Virus record (IMG/VR): IMGVR_UViG_2687453622_000001
Location: 1-64,000 of that record
Length of the DNA: 64,000 nt
Source of the DNA: a virus
Taxonomy: Duplodnaviria > Caudoviricetes
Reading direction: 5' to 3' (one strand)
Shown piece by piece: positions 40,050-48,525 of the stretch; position 1 is the first letter of the stretch; each line of letters starts with the position of its first letter. The notes under the pieces were generated by a model. That model saw nothing but the letters and a program-made list of their open reading frames with translations. It made no database searches and was not told where the DNA came from. The translations under genes and the position numbers were made by a program.

Positions 40050-40315
40050 GCGTGGGCGACGTGCCTCACGTTTTTTGAGCGCGTAGTGCATAGTGGTGCC
40101 TCATCGGGAATGAGCGCGAACGGTACCGGTCCTGTTTGGCTTGTCTTATGGAAGACAGGATCAGCATGGCGACGAAGCGACAGGTCACCCTGAGATTCAG
40201 GGATGAGTACATGAAGGCATCGAAGAAGGACAAGGGACGCATCCTCGACGAGATGTGCTCCGTGTTGGCAATCGGCAGGAGCACCGCAAGACGCAGGCTC
40301 GCGGAAGCCGGACGC
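40050..40315 (+). mobile_element. truncated IS remnant (transposase N-terminus only)
   Basis: MEDRISMATKRQV..EYMKASKKDKGRILDEMC..GRSTARRRL then abrupt junction; GTGCCTCA repeated upstream. Confidence 0.65.
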
Positions 40316-40771
40316 GGCCCAGTATCGTTCCAGCCATGCGCGGCTTTTCACCTGCTTCATGCCCAGTTCTCTTTTGCAATAGTCGGAGGGCTTCAGCCGT
40401 TTGGAGCCGTTCGTGTATTTGCCGTACATGCCCTCGTTGATGATGACCAGCATTTCGATTTCGGGATGGGTTCGCAGGTTCACGACCTCGGCCGCATGCT
40501 CGTAGCCTCGAGGTATGCGCAGTACATCCGAGTCCGAGTCGACTATACGTATGATCAGCAGCGGGTGTTTGCCGTATGACATGTTGAGGAACCGGTCGAG
40601 CATCCGCTTCGATTCCTTGCGGGTGAAATACCATGTGCCTCGCAGCTGATTAGGCACGATAAGCTCGTTCGGCACGGTCAGTTCGCCGCGTTCGATAAGG
40701 GTCGTGAGTATGTACTGTTCGGCCACGCCCTCGCAGACGAACAGCACATACTGGCCTTCCGCATTAAGCAT
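40315..40771 (-). pseudogene. RloB/TOPRIM-like protein, 3' end cut by the IS remnant
   Basis: LFVCEG..E, IVDSD, PEIEML; overlaps the ATPase stop. Confidence 0.6.
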
Positions 40772-41945
40772 GCACGTACCTTTCCGCATAATCCTGGAGG
40801 GCGCGGACGGCCGCGTATGAGGGCGCGGTACCGGGTACCCGGTTGGCGAAGAAGGAAACGCTCTTCTTCAAATCGGTGCGGCCCAGGTATGCGCCCAGAT
40901 TCCGGAGGGCGAAGCCTTTTCCATCGCGGACGGCGAACCATATCGAATCCTTGCGGGTGAAATGATCCAGCAGCTCCGGATAGTGGGTGGAGAACAGGAG
41001 CGTGGCCCCATGCGGGTTCGTGACCGGGGAGGCGAACAGGTCCATGATGGCGAATACGAGCTGCTTGTTGATGCTGTTCTCCAGTTCGTCCACAATCAGA
41101 TAGCCACCCGCGCGCAGTGTCTCCAATGCTCGGCCGACCAGTGCGCCGCCTCTCAGGGTACCGGATGAGACCATGTTGACCAGCGAGTTCGGGGTGACCT
41201 CCCGCTCCTTGCCCTCATTGCGGAATTTCAGATGGATTCCGTCCTTGTCGTAGTCGAGACGTTCGATGCTGGCATCGAACAGCGTCACGACGGGGCGGGC
41301 CGGGCTGACGGTGAGCGTCGGGGACACCGGCAGCAGTTCGGTCGCGATGTCGGTGTCCTTGACGAAGGCCCCGCAAATACTCCGGTCGGGCGGCAGATAC
41401 CGTTTCGCGTCGGCGGACAGTTCGCCCCGGACGCCGGGCCTGCCCACGTTGCGGGATGAGAGCACGGTCCACCGTTCCGGATCCAACGTGCCGTTCATGG
41501 CGGAGGCAAGCATTTTCTTGCTGAGCTTGCCATGGTGGATGCTCAGGGTCTCACGGATGAACCTCAACGGCGTGCGACCCTCGCCTGTCCGCTCGAGCAG
41601 GCTGTCGATGAGATGGAAGCGACCGTCCTGTTCGAACAGCGCGCGCACCCCGATCCGGTCGTCCATGGTGTCGTACAAAGGGAACAGGTCGGGGTTCAAC
41701 GATTCCAGCGACATGCCGCCGGCGACGGCGAGGGCGAGTTCGGTGACCCTCAACGCGGTGGTCTTGCCGGAGGCGTTGATGCCGGCGACGCCGATGGCCG
41801 TGTTGATGCTGATGTTGCGTGCGGCGCCGTCGAGCATGTGCGTGTATCCGGGTTCCCTTACGGCGTCGATGGCGTACAGATCCATCCTGCATTCATGGTT
41901 TTCGTATAGGCGCAGGCCGCTGATGGCGTAGCTCAACAACCTCAT
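40764..41945 (-). CDS. ABC/AAA_21-type ATPase (RloA/AbiEii-like)
   Basis: GINASGKT, SSGT, LIVDELE, FSTHYPE. Confidence 0.85.
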   Translation of the reverse strand: MRLLSYAISGLRLYENHECRMDLYAIDAVREPGYTHMLDGAARNISINTAIGVAGINASGKTTALRVTELALAVAGGMSLESLNPDLFPLYDTMDDRIGVRALFEQDGRFHLIDSLLERTGEGRTPLRFIRETLSIHHGKLSKKMLASAMNGTLDPERWTVLSSRNVGRPGVRGELSADAKRYLPPDRSICGAFVKDTDIATELLPVSPTLTVSPARPVVTLFDASIERLDYDKDGIHLKFRNEGKEREVTPNSLVNMVSSGTLRGGALVGRALETLRAGGYLIVDELENSINKQLVFAIMDLFASPVTNPHGATLLFSTHYPELLDHFTRKDSIWFAVRDGKGFALRNLGAYLGRTDLKKSVSFFANRVPGTAPSYAAVRALQDYAERYVHA

Positions 41946-43071
41946 GCTTTCTCCCTTGTAAACGTTTTTTCTGTATACATAGGCTATCACTGAATGGAGA
42001 CCGTCGATACCCGGAAACCGTCAGATCGCCTCCCCCCCCCCTGACTCCCAGGCAGCCGGGCGTCGCCGTCCGTTTCGGGTCGGGCATGAACTGAGCCGGA
42101 TTATTCCCGATCGCCGTCAGCAACGCATCCATGTCGAGCGCGTACAGGCCGCTGTTCGACTGCGGGTTCAGCTCGATCACATGCGGCCGCCCGGCATCAT
42201 CCAGATACAGGTCCATCACGTATGGGCCTTCGACTTCGCCGCGTATCGCATGCGCCGTCTCGTGCGCGAACTGCTCATACAACCGTGCGATGTCGGGATG
42301 CGATTCGATGCGCCCGCTGTTGCGCGTCTCCTCCATCCGCGGATCATACCGGTTCCCACGGTTGTCGGCGGGCGTGAACCGTTCGATGCAGGCGGCGCCG
42401 CACACCGGTTCCCCGCCTATCACCTGCATCCGGTATTCGTAGCGCATGCGCGCCTTTTGCTGGACGAGCACCGCGTCCGGCTCGCCCTCGAACAGTGCGA
42501 GATCGTAGCCGGCCCACCGCCATGCGGCGAACGGGATACGCTCCGGCTTCCCGCCATACTCGTCCGTCTGCATGAACGTGCCGTCCGGGTCGATGAACGC
42601 GAGCGGCAGGCGTTTCTCCCTGAGCATGAACTTGGCGACCACGCCCGAACCGGGATGACGGTCGAGCATGCCCCGCGCCGCCGCATCGATCATGTCCCCG
42701 TCGCAGGCGACGGATCGCGCGTCGCGCCCCAGAAACGGGCGCAACGCGGGCATGAGATCCCACCGGTCGACGTTCGAGGCGGGCAACGTCAGCTGATCCA
42801 TATACGGTCGGAGCATGACCGCACCGTAATGGGCGAGCTTCATCGGATCCGGCCCCCCGTAAGGCCGGCCCGCCACCCTTACATGCGGGTCCGGGAGGAT
42901 ACGTGTCGCGGCCTCCAGGCGCGCCGCCTGTTCGCGCCAATCCTCCGGATCACCGTCGCCCGGCACGGCCTCGCCGACGTATCGTCCCCATGCGGCGCGA
43001 TACGCTTCCGGCGCGTCCATCACGTCGGGCGGGCACGCCTGGGGGATGATGTCGATGAGCCAGTCGGTCAT
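41893..43071 (-). CDS. ATP-grasp protein (R2K/DUF4343-like); true 3' end probably near 42020
   Basis: YEYRMQV, YVMDL, VIELNPQSNSGLY; C10 run at 42032-42041. Confidence 0.7.
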   Translation of the reverse strand: MTDWLIDIIPQACPPDVMDAPEAYRAAWGRYVGEAVPGDGDPEDWREQAARLEAATRILPDPHVRVAGRPYGGPDPMKLAHYGAVMLRPYMDQLTLPASNVDRWDLMPALRPFLGRDARSVACDGDMIDAAARGMLDRHPGSGVVAKFMLREKRLPLAFIDPDGTFMQTDEYGGKPERIPFAAWRWAGYDLALFEGEPDAVLVQQKARMRYEYRMQVIGGEPVCGAACIERFTPADNRGNRYDPRMEETRNSGRIESHPDIARLYEQFAHETAHAIRGEVEGPYVMDLYLDDAGRPHVIELNPQSNSGLYALDMDALLTAIGNNPAQFMPDPKRTATPGCLGVRGGGGDLTVSGYRRSPFSDSLCIQKKRLQGRKHEVVELRHQRPAPIRKP

Positions 43072-43451
43072 TCGAAATCCTTATCGGTCAGCAGATGCCC
43101 GTTCTGGTTGAGCATCAGCATGTCGCCGTGCGGATGCCGTTCGCGTAGGCCGCGCACGGCTTCCGCGCCGCATCCCGCATATTCGAGCGAATACATGCTG
43201 TCAGGAGAACCCAGATCGAGGTGCAACGGGTCGGAATCACCCAGTATGTACCGGTCCAACGCCTTCATGACCAGTCGGAACGCCTCATATCGGGAGGGCA
43301 GGCCGGGCAGTCTTTCCCCATCCGGCATCGCCCCTGTGAAGATGGTGATGCCGAGCATTTCCGTTGGTTGTTCAACCCAGCCCACATACTGGTCGACCAG
43401 CCGCCAACAGGTGCAACCGGATTCGTATGCTGCGAATGTTTCAGAGTCCAT
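43068..43451 (-). CDS. hypothetical protein
   Basis: TAATG-coupled to the upstream gene. Confidence 0.55.
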   Translation of the reverse strand: MDSETFAAYESGCTCWRLVDQYVGWVEQPTEMLGITIFTGAMPDGERLPGLPSRYEAFRLVMKALDRYILGDSDPLHLDLGSPDSMYSLEYAGCGAEAVRGLRERHPHGDMLMLNQNGHLLTDKDFE

Positions 43452-43729
43452 TATTTCCTTCCAGTTCGGGTATCCAGTCCTCTCCTGTTCCATTTCTCGA
43501 CCGCCGAATGCAGGCAGGTGACGCGGGTCTGGAACGACGGGTCGATCGGAACGTGCCGGCCGGGCATGTTCCCGCCGCAGTCGCATCGCACCGTGTACCG
43601 TTCCGTCGTATCGTCCACATCATCGTCGATTCGTGGAGTGCCGCCGCAGAACGGGCATGGTCTCAACGTCTCGTGTTCGACCGTCGCCCGCCTGTTGTTG
43701 CGGGAATCCCATATTCTCGTGGTTCCCAT
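43451..43729 (-). CDS. Lar-like restriction-alleviation Zn-ribbon protein
   Basis: LRPCPFCGG..VRCDCG..AVEKWNRR. Confidence 0.7.
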   Translation of the reverse strand: MGTTRIWDSRNNRRATVEHETLRPCPFCGGTPRIDDDVDDTTERYTVRCDCGGNMPGRHVPIDPSFQTRVTCLHSAVEKWNRRGLDTRTGRK

Positions 43730-44565
43730 CAGAGTCTGCCCTTCCGCCTGTTTCGTTCCAGACAGTCGTCCATCGCCCGTTCGACCTCCTCATCCGTGAT
43801 GCCGAACGCGGTGATCAGGTTGCCGACCGTCTGCAACACGTCGGCCAGCTCGTCGAGCATGGCCTGACGACGCTGGTCGCGCACGTGGTCATGCCAGTCG
43901 GCCTGCGCCTTGTCCAGGTCGATATCGGGTTCGTCGCCCACGGCCGCGCCATGAATGTTCAGACAGTTCACGATGCCGATGAACTGGCCGTCGATGCCGC
44001 TCGGGTCTGTCGGGTCGCTGGCTTTCAGGTATTGTTTGCAGGCCTCCACCAGTTCGGCGCTCTCCTCAAGGTTCTTCACGGCAAGCCACTTGTCCTGTTC
44101 CATGCGTCCGAACGATCGGACATCCGGGAGATGCACGGTGCGGCTCCCCTCATGAATCGGAGTGGAATCGTCGGAGGCCGGCTTCCACGGGACCTCTTCG
44201 ACGGCTTGGAGCGAATACCGGGCGTACGGGCCATGTTTGGACAATTCCCAGGGGTCGTTTCCGAGTTCTTCTGCCATCCAGTCATGGTCGTCCCGGATTC
44301 TCCATACCCGTCGTCCGCCGGACAGGAAGTACAGGCTCCCGTCCTTGTCCATCCACAGTCCGGGAAGATTCGGGACCGGCGCGGAGCCGACCGGAACTCC
44401 GGGCTGGAGCCTCGTATACGGGCCGATGGCATCCAAAGCACGAACCTTCGCGCCCGGGCCGAACAGGAGCATGGCGGGTTCGCCGTCATCGTGGAACATC
44501 ACGCCGTATCCGCCATGTGCGGCCTTCCACAGTCCGGGCGCATCCGGTTTCTCATGGCCGCTCAT
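43729..44565 (-). CDS. protein with C-terminal MazG-like NTP pyrophosphatase domain
   Basis: KNLEESAELVEA..DELADVLQ..NRRKGR; N-terminal P.PGLW repeats. Confidence 0.7.
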   Translation of the reverse strand: MSGHEKPDAPGLWKAAHGGYGVMFHDDGEPAMLLFGPGAKVRALDAIGPYTRLQPGVPVGSAPVPNLPGLWMDKDGSLYFLSGGRRVWRIRDDHDWMAEELGNDPWELSKHGPYARYSLQAVEEVPWKPASDDSTPIHEGSRTVHLPDVRSFGRMEQDKWLAVKNLEESAELVEACKQYLKASDPTDPSGIDGQFIGIVNCLNIHGAAVGDEPDIDLDKAQADWHDHVRDQRRQAMLDELADVLQTVGNLITAFGITDEEVERAMDDCLERNRRKGRL

Positions 44566-44789
44566 TCGTCTTCTCCCATCTGCTCGTCCAGCCATGTTTC
44601 GGCCTCGTTCAGGGTCGAGCATTGTCTCCGGATGCTGTTCTCCACGCCGTTCGGCTGGCGGATGAGCAGTATCGCCGTATATCCGCCGACCATGCTCGCC
44701 ACGACGCCTCCCCGCCGGGTGCGGGTGCGTTTCGGATGCTCCCACATGCGCGGCAGGCCGACGCGCGCCTCATGCTCGATCAGCGCCAT
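44562..44789 (-). CDS. hypothetical protein
   Basis: 75-aa coupled ORF. Confidence 0.55.
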   Translation of the reverse strand: MALIEHEARVGLPRMWEHPKRTRTRRGGVVASMVGGYTAILLIRQPNGVENSIRRQCSTLNEAETWLDEQMGEDE

Positions 44790-45253
44790 GCGTCCCCCTC
44801 TTCCTTCGGATAGTCGGCTCCGTCACGGTCGAGATACTTGCAATGCAGTCGCGTGGATTCGCGTATGGGCAGGGAGTCCACCCAATGCTCGATTGTGGCC
44901 CTTTTCGCCCGGTTCAGCCATGCCTCATACGCATCCGACGCCTCGCCCGACGTCAATCCGACCGCGTCGCGCAGCATGGCCGTGACCGCCATGCAGACCA
45001 TGTCGTCGGTCAGCGGGAGACCGCCCTCCACATGCTTGGGGCCGATATCCACCGATTTGACGCCATCAGGCATCGAACCGTCAGGCAGGAGCGCCGTCTT
45101 GAAGAATTCGCCGGGAATCCTGACTCCAACTGTTCCATCTTGTAGGGTGACGGCCTTTCCGGTCAGCTCCGTGCCGTTCTCGTAATAGATGGTGGCAATA
45201 GGATTCTCGTCTGGTTTCGACTCGCCCATGACTTGCCTTTTTCCATCGTTCAT
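44780..45253 (-). CDS. hypothetical protein
   Basis: 157-aa coupled ORF. Confidence 0.6.
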   Translation of the reverse strand: MNDGKRQVMGESKPDENPIATIYYENGTELTGKAVTLQDGTVGVRIPGEFFKTALLPDGSMPDGVKSVDIGPKHVEGGLPLTDDMVCMAVTAMLRDAVGLTSGEASDAYEAWLNRAKRATIEHWVDSLPIRESTRLHCKYLDRDGADYPKEEGDAWR

Positions 45254-45942
45254 CTTGTTTGTCCTTTCGATTCGATTGAGTTCAGATCGTACGATTGTTC
45301 GCCAATCAGTTCGCGCAGCTCAAACATCTTGTTTTCGATATCATGCCGGCGGGCTTCCATTCGGCTGGCATCCTCTTTGCTGAAACGCGGTAGCCGAGAA
45401 AATGATTGGGTTAGTAGATTCTCCGTTTCGGCGAGCTGACGGCGGGCCACGCGCAGCAGGGTCCGGGATTCGATGAGACGGGAGGCGTTGATGGCCGGCA
45501 CCGGTTCGTCCGGCTGGTCTTCCACAGGTCTGACCCTGACGAAGCCCGGTTGGGCGAACCGGTAGCCGGAATCGCCGAACACGTATTCCAGGCCACGGCC
45601 GCCGGCCCGGATGCCCAATACGCCGTCAAACGGTTCCAGCGGCCCCTCGAACGCCCCACGCCGTCCCCCGAATTCGACGCGCACCCGGACTCCTTCCAGC
45701 TCGTCCAGAAAACGACCCTGCCAGAACGGCTCCTCGGGACGCAGACGCACATGGTCGACTTCTTCCATGAGCCGCACGCCATCGCCCTTGTCCTTCCGTG
45801 TGAAGACGCATGTATCGTCTACCGTCAGATAATCCCCAAAACGGACGAACGGGCCGATATGCCGGCTGCCGTCCGAGGTCACGGCCGCGGCCTCCAACCC
45901 AATCAGATCGTCGAACAGGTAACGGTCCCACCATTCAGACAT
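45250..45942 (-). CDS. hypothetical protein with internal repeat and coiled-coil tail
   Basis: WWDRYLFDDLIG / FWQGRFLDELEG; RBS GAAAGG. Confidence 0.65.
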   Translation of the reverse strand: MSEWWDRYLFDDLIGLEAAAVTSDGSRHIGPFVRFGDYLTVDDTCVFTRKDKGDGVRLMEEVDHVRLRPEEPFWQGRFLDELEGVRVRVEFGGRRGAFEGPLEPFDGVLGIRAGGRGLEYVFGDSGYRFAQPGFVRVRPVEDQPDEPVPAINASRLIESRTLLRVARRQLAETENLLTQSFSRLPRFSKEDASRMEARRHDIENKMFELRELIGEQSYDLNSIESKGQTR

Positions 45943-46185
45943 GATCCCGCCTTTCCTCCTCCCTGTGGCGCCATGCGTCGCAGGCGGCGCATCTGTCGTT
46001 TTCGCCCAAGGCCGCGTACGCGCCGCAATCCGTGCAGAATCCTCTGTGCATCAGCGAATCCCCTTGAGTTCGGCCTTCAACCTGCGGACGACGAGCAGGC
46101 CGTGCCCGCCGTCCCATTCCACCGGCCGTTCCCCGTCGCGGCCGTCGCAAGGTTCGGCCGGTCCGACAATCCTCAATTCAGGCAA

Positions 46186-46233
46186 TTGACTTCCTCCCCA
46201 CGACTGAAGCCGGTGGTCTTACGGCGCGATTCG
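46186..46233 (-). mobile_element. 48-bp single-hairpin IS200/IS605 derivative
   Basis: Reverse strand TTAT|CGAATC..CCACCGGCTTCAGTCGTGGGGAGGAAGTCAA. Confidence 0.6.
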
Positions 46234-46242
46234 ATAAGTCCA

Positions 46243-46431
46243 TCAGAAAAATCCTTCCAAAACGGATAGGCCGAGGAACAACAGCCACGAGACCAGCTCC
46301 GAGAACATGATCGTGAACGCGATGGCCGCATGCAATCGTCCCAACCTCAGGTCTTTCGATCTGAGCAGCGGCGCCAGAGGAATGAGTGCGAGAAGATTGG
46401 CTCCGACCCACATGATTCGAACATAGCCCAT
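46243..46431 (-). CDS. small 2-TM protein
   Basis: 62 aa, two hydrophobic segments. Confidence 0.5.
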   Translation of the reverse strand: MGYVRIMWVGANLLALIPLAPLLRSKDLRLGRLHAAIAFTIMFSELVSWLLFLGLSVLEGFF

Positions 46432-46434
46432 TGC

Positions 46435-47295
46435 TTAATCCCATTTCGGTTTGATGGTGGCGACGTGGCGGGCGACGAGGCCGGTCGGGTCGATGATGGC
46501 CGCGTCCAGGGCGGTCCGGTTGTCTTTCAGGTATTTCCCGTAACGGACGGCGAACCGTTCGAGTATCTTCGGCCGGTCCGCGAACATGGTCAGATCCACG
46601 AAGAACCGTCCGTGCGGCAGCCGGCCGAGCGTACGCGCGGTGATCGCCCACAGTTCGCGTCCCGACCGTTCCAATGCGCCGGTCCCGTTGGCGACGACGG
46701 GGCGCAACGGGAGGAACCCCGGATGCCGGTCCGCCCGGTCGAGCAGGCCGAGCCGGTCGGGGAACCGCATGCCGGTCAGGTTCACGCCATAATCGACGGG
46801 CCTGTCGAGCCGGCTATGGTAGGCGAACAGGAATTGGGTGCCGAGCAGGCGGATGCCGGTCGCATCCAGGAGAACATCGCCTGTCAGGGCGTTCAGCGTG
46901 TTCGCGAGACGTTTCGCCGTGTTCTCGCCCGGCGTCGGCTCCGACGGGATGATGAGGCCCCCATCCGGGGTCTCCGCGATGAAGCAGGCGCATCCTTTGG
47001 CCATCTCCATGGGTTTCATGCCGTCGGCGATCGGGTTCGGCTCCCACTTGTCGCCATCCGTGAGATGACGTGCGCAGGATTCCAGATCCGAGAGGAGCGC
47101 GTCCGCGTTCATGTACGTGTCGTACAGGCGTCGCCAATGGGCGCGAACCTGTTCCATGGTCTGCGGGTCGTCGCAGGACAGATGGCCTATCCCGTTCTCC
47201 GCGTCGTTGATGGCGGCGGCGAGCCCGCGGCGGGCGACCGCCAGCATCATCCTCGCTTCGGTGTTCTGTTCGAGCGTGAAATCATGACCGTTCAT
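46435..47295 (-). CDS. hypothetical protein
   Basis: 286 aa; RBS AGGAG. Confidence 0.7.
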   Translation of the reverse strand: MNGHDFTLEQNTEARMMLAVARRGLAAAINDAENGIGHLSCDDPQTMEQVRAHWRRLYDTYMNADALLSDLESCARHLTDGDKWEPNPIADGMKPMEMAKGCACFIAETPDGGLIIPSEPTPGENTAKRLANTLNALTGDVLLDATGIRLLGTQFLFAYHSRLDRPVDYGVNLTGMRFPDRLGLLDRADRHPGFLPLRPVVANGTGALERSGRELWAITARTLGRLPHGRFFVDLTMFADRPKILERFAVRYGKYLKDNRTALDAAIIDPTGLVARHVATIKPKWD

Positions 47296-47599
47296 GCGGG
47301 ATCTCCTCCTTGATGCATTCGGGGCATTGCCCGTCCTTCCAGCCGGCCGGATCGATCATGATGTTCGTGCAGGTCGTGCATTCGGGCAGCCGGTGCGCCG
47401 GGCAGTAGTGCATGTCGCGTTCCAGTTCGGGATGCTCGTCCTTGTATGGGATTTGCCAGCCTTCGTCCTTCGCGTCGGTCAGCAGATCGTCCTCGTCCGC
47501 ATACCATTGGCTGTCGTCGAACCGTTGTTCGCAGTTGGGGTCGTCGCATTCGATCATGAACCAGTCACGGTCATCGAATGTTTTTTCGATTCTTGCCAT
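47282..47599 (-). CDS. Zn-finger protein
   Basis: CDDPNC, YCPAH, CTTC, CPEC; RBS GGAGG. Confidence 0.7.
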   Translation of the reverse strand: MARIEKTFDDRDWFMIECDDPNCEQRFDDSQWYADEDDLLTDAKDEGWQIPYKDEHPELERDMHYCPAHRLPECTTCTNIMIDPAGWKDGQCPECIKEEIPHERS

Positions 47600-47939
47600 C
47601 GGGCCTCCGTCCCTTTGCGTGCGTCCGACGGTATGCGTCGCCCGGCGAGACGTCGGGAGTCGCCAGGCCTTCGGCCTGCGCCTGCTCCAACTGGCGGACC
47701 GTGCAGTGCACGCATTCCGGGTGCATGCCCGCCCAGACGCCTACCATGAACGCCATATGCCTGGTCTCGCCGGTCAGGCTTCCTATGAGGGGACGCGCCT
47801 CCCATGAGGGGAGCGGCCGCCAGCCGTCGCGCCAACAGTCCGACTCGAAGCCGATGTCATGGGTCCTGGCGGCCTTCGACGGCCATACGTGGATGAGGTC
47901 GGTCTCGACGTGCAGCGCGTATCTGAAGCGTATCGCCAT
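47571..47939 (-). CDS. hypothetical protein
   Basis: MAIRFRY... coupled to upstream stop. Confidence 0.5.
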   Translation of the reverse strand: MAIRFRYALHVETDLIHVWPSKAARTHDIGFESDCWRDGWRPLPSWEARPLIGSLTGETRHMAFMVGVWAGMHPECVHCTVRQLEQAQAEGLATPDVSPGDAYRRTHAKGRRPDGKNRKNIR

Positions 47940-48190
47940 CAGTCCTTCCCCTCCCTTTCGTGTTCGAGTTCGTTGATGCAGCAGGCGCACAGTCCGTCCA
48001 TCAGATTGGGGACGTCGTCGCCGCAACGGCGGCAACAGCCGGCTTCCGGCACGCGGGCCATGCGGTCGAACAGGTAGTCACCCATGGCGTTGATGTCGAT
48101 GCGGCCGGCCTTGCCGTTCAGGTATCCGGCCAGCATGCTCTTCAGTTCGCGGCGGGCCACCTGCCTCGTTTCGAGATCTTTCACCGCCAT
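47939..48190 (-). CDS. small Zn-ribbon protein, paralog of 48192-48368
   Basis: RRELK..LAGYL..ID...MGDYLFD; CRRC..CACC. Confidence 0.6.
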   Translation of the reverse strand: MAVKDLETRQVARRELKSMLAGYLNGKAGRIDINAMGDYLFDRMARVPEAGCCRRCGDDVPNLMDGLCACCINELEHEREGKD

Positions 48191-48191
48191 G

Positions 48192-48368
48192 TCACTCCCC
48201 TTTCAACCGGATTTCGTATTCCGGGGTTTCGGCCATCCTGTCGTCGAACAGGAAGTCGCCCATATGGTCCACGTCGATCGGATAGCCGCTGCCGTACAGG
48301 TATTCGGCTATCGCGTTCTTGATCTCGCGCCTGTTGATGACGCGCTCGTCGCTGTCATGCCTTGCCAA
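48192..48368 (-). CDS. small hypothetical protein
   Basis: RREIK..IAEYL..ID...MGDFLFD; TTG start with RBS GGAAAGG. Confidence 0.55.
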   Translation of the reverse strand: MARHDSDERVINRREIKNAIAEYLYGSGYPIDVDHMGDFLFDDRMAETPEYEIRLKGE

Positions 48369-48525
48369 GGGTGTTTCCTTTCCCGTATTCGCCGATGCGG
48401 GCCAGCAGTCCGCCGAACATGCGTGATATGTCGCGCGCCGCCATACCGTTGTCCCGGGTCGTGAACCGGTGCAGCTCCCACTGGTCGGCCGCGGCTTTCG
48501 CGCTTTCGTCAAGAGGATTCGTCAT
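48355..48525 (-). CDS. 56-aa protein (not in ORF track)
   Basis: MTNPLDESAKAA..., same N-terminus as the 50486 gene; ATGA overlap with femABX stop. Confidence 0.5.
   Translation of the reverse strand: MTNPLDESAKAAADQWELHRFTTRDNGMAARDISRMFGGLLARIGEYGKGNTLGKA

Noticed and set aside
42032-42041. C10 run as phase-variation switch
   Set aside because: Lies after the ATP-grasp domain at the extreme 3' end; slippage would only alter the tail and may be a sequencing error
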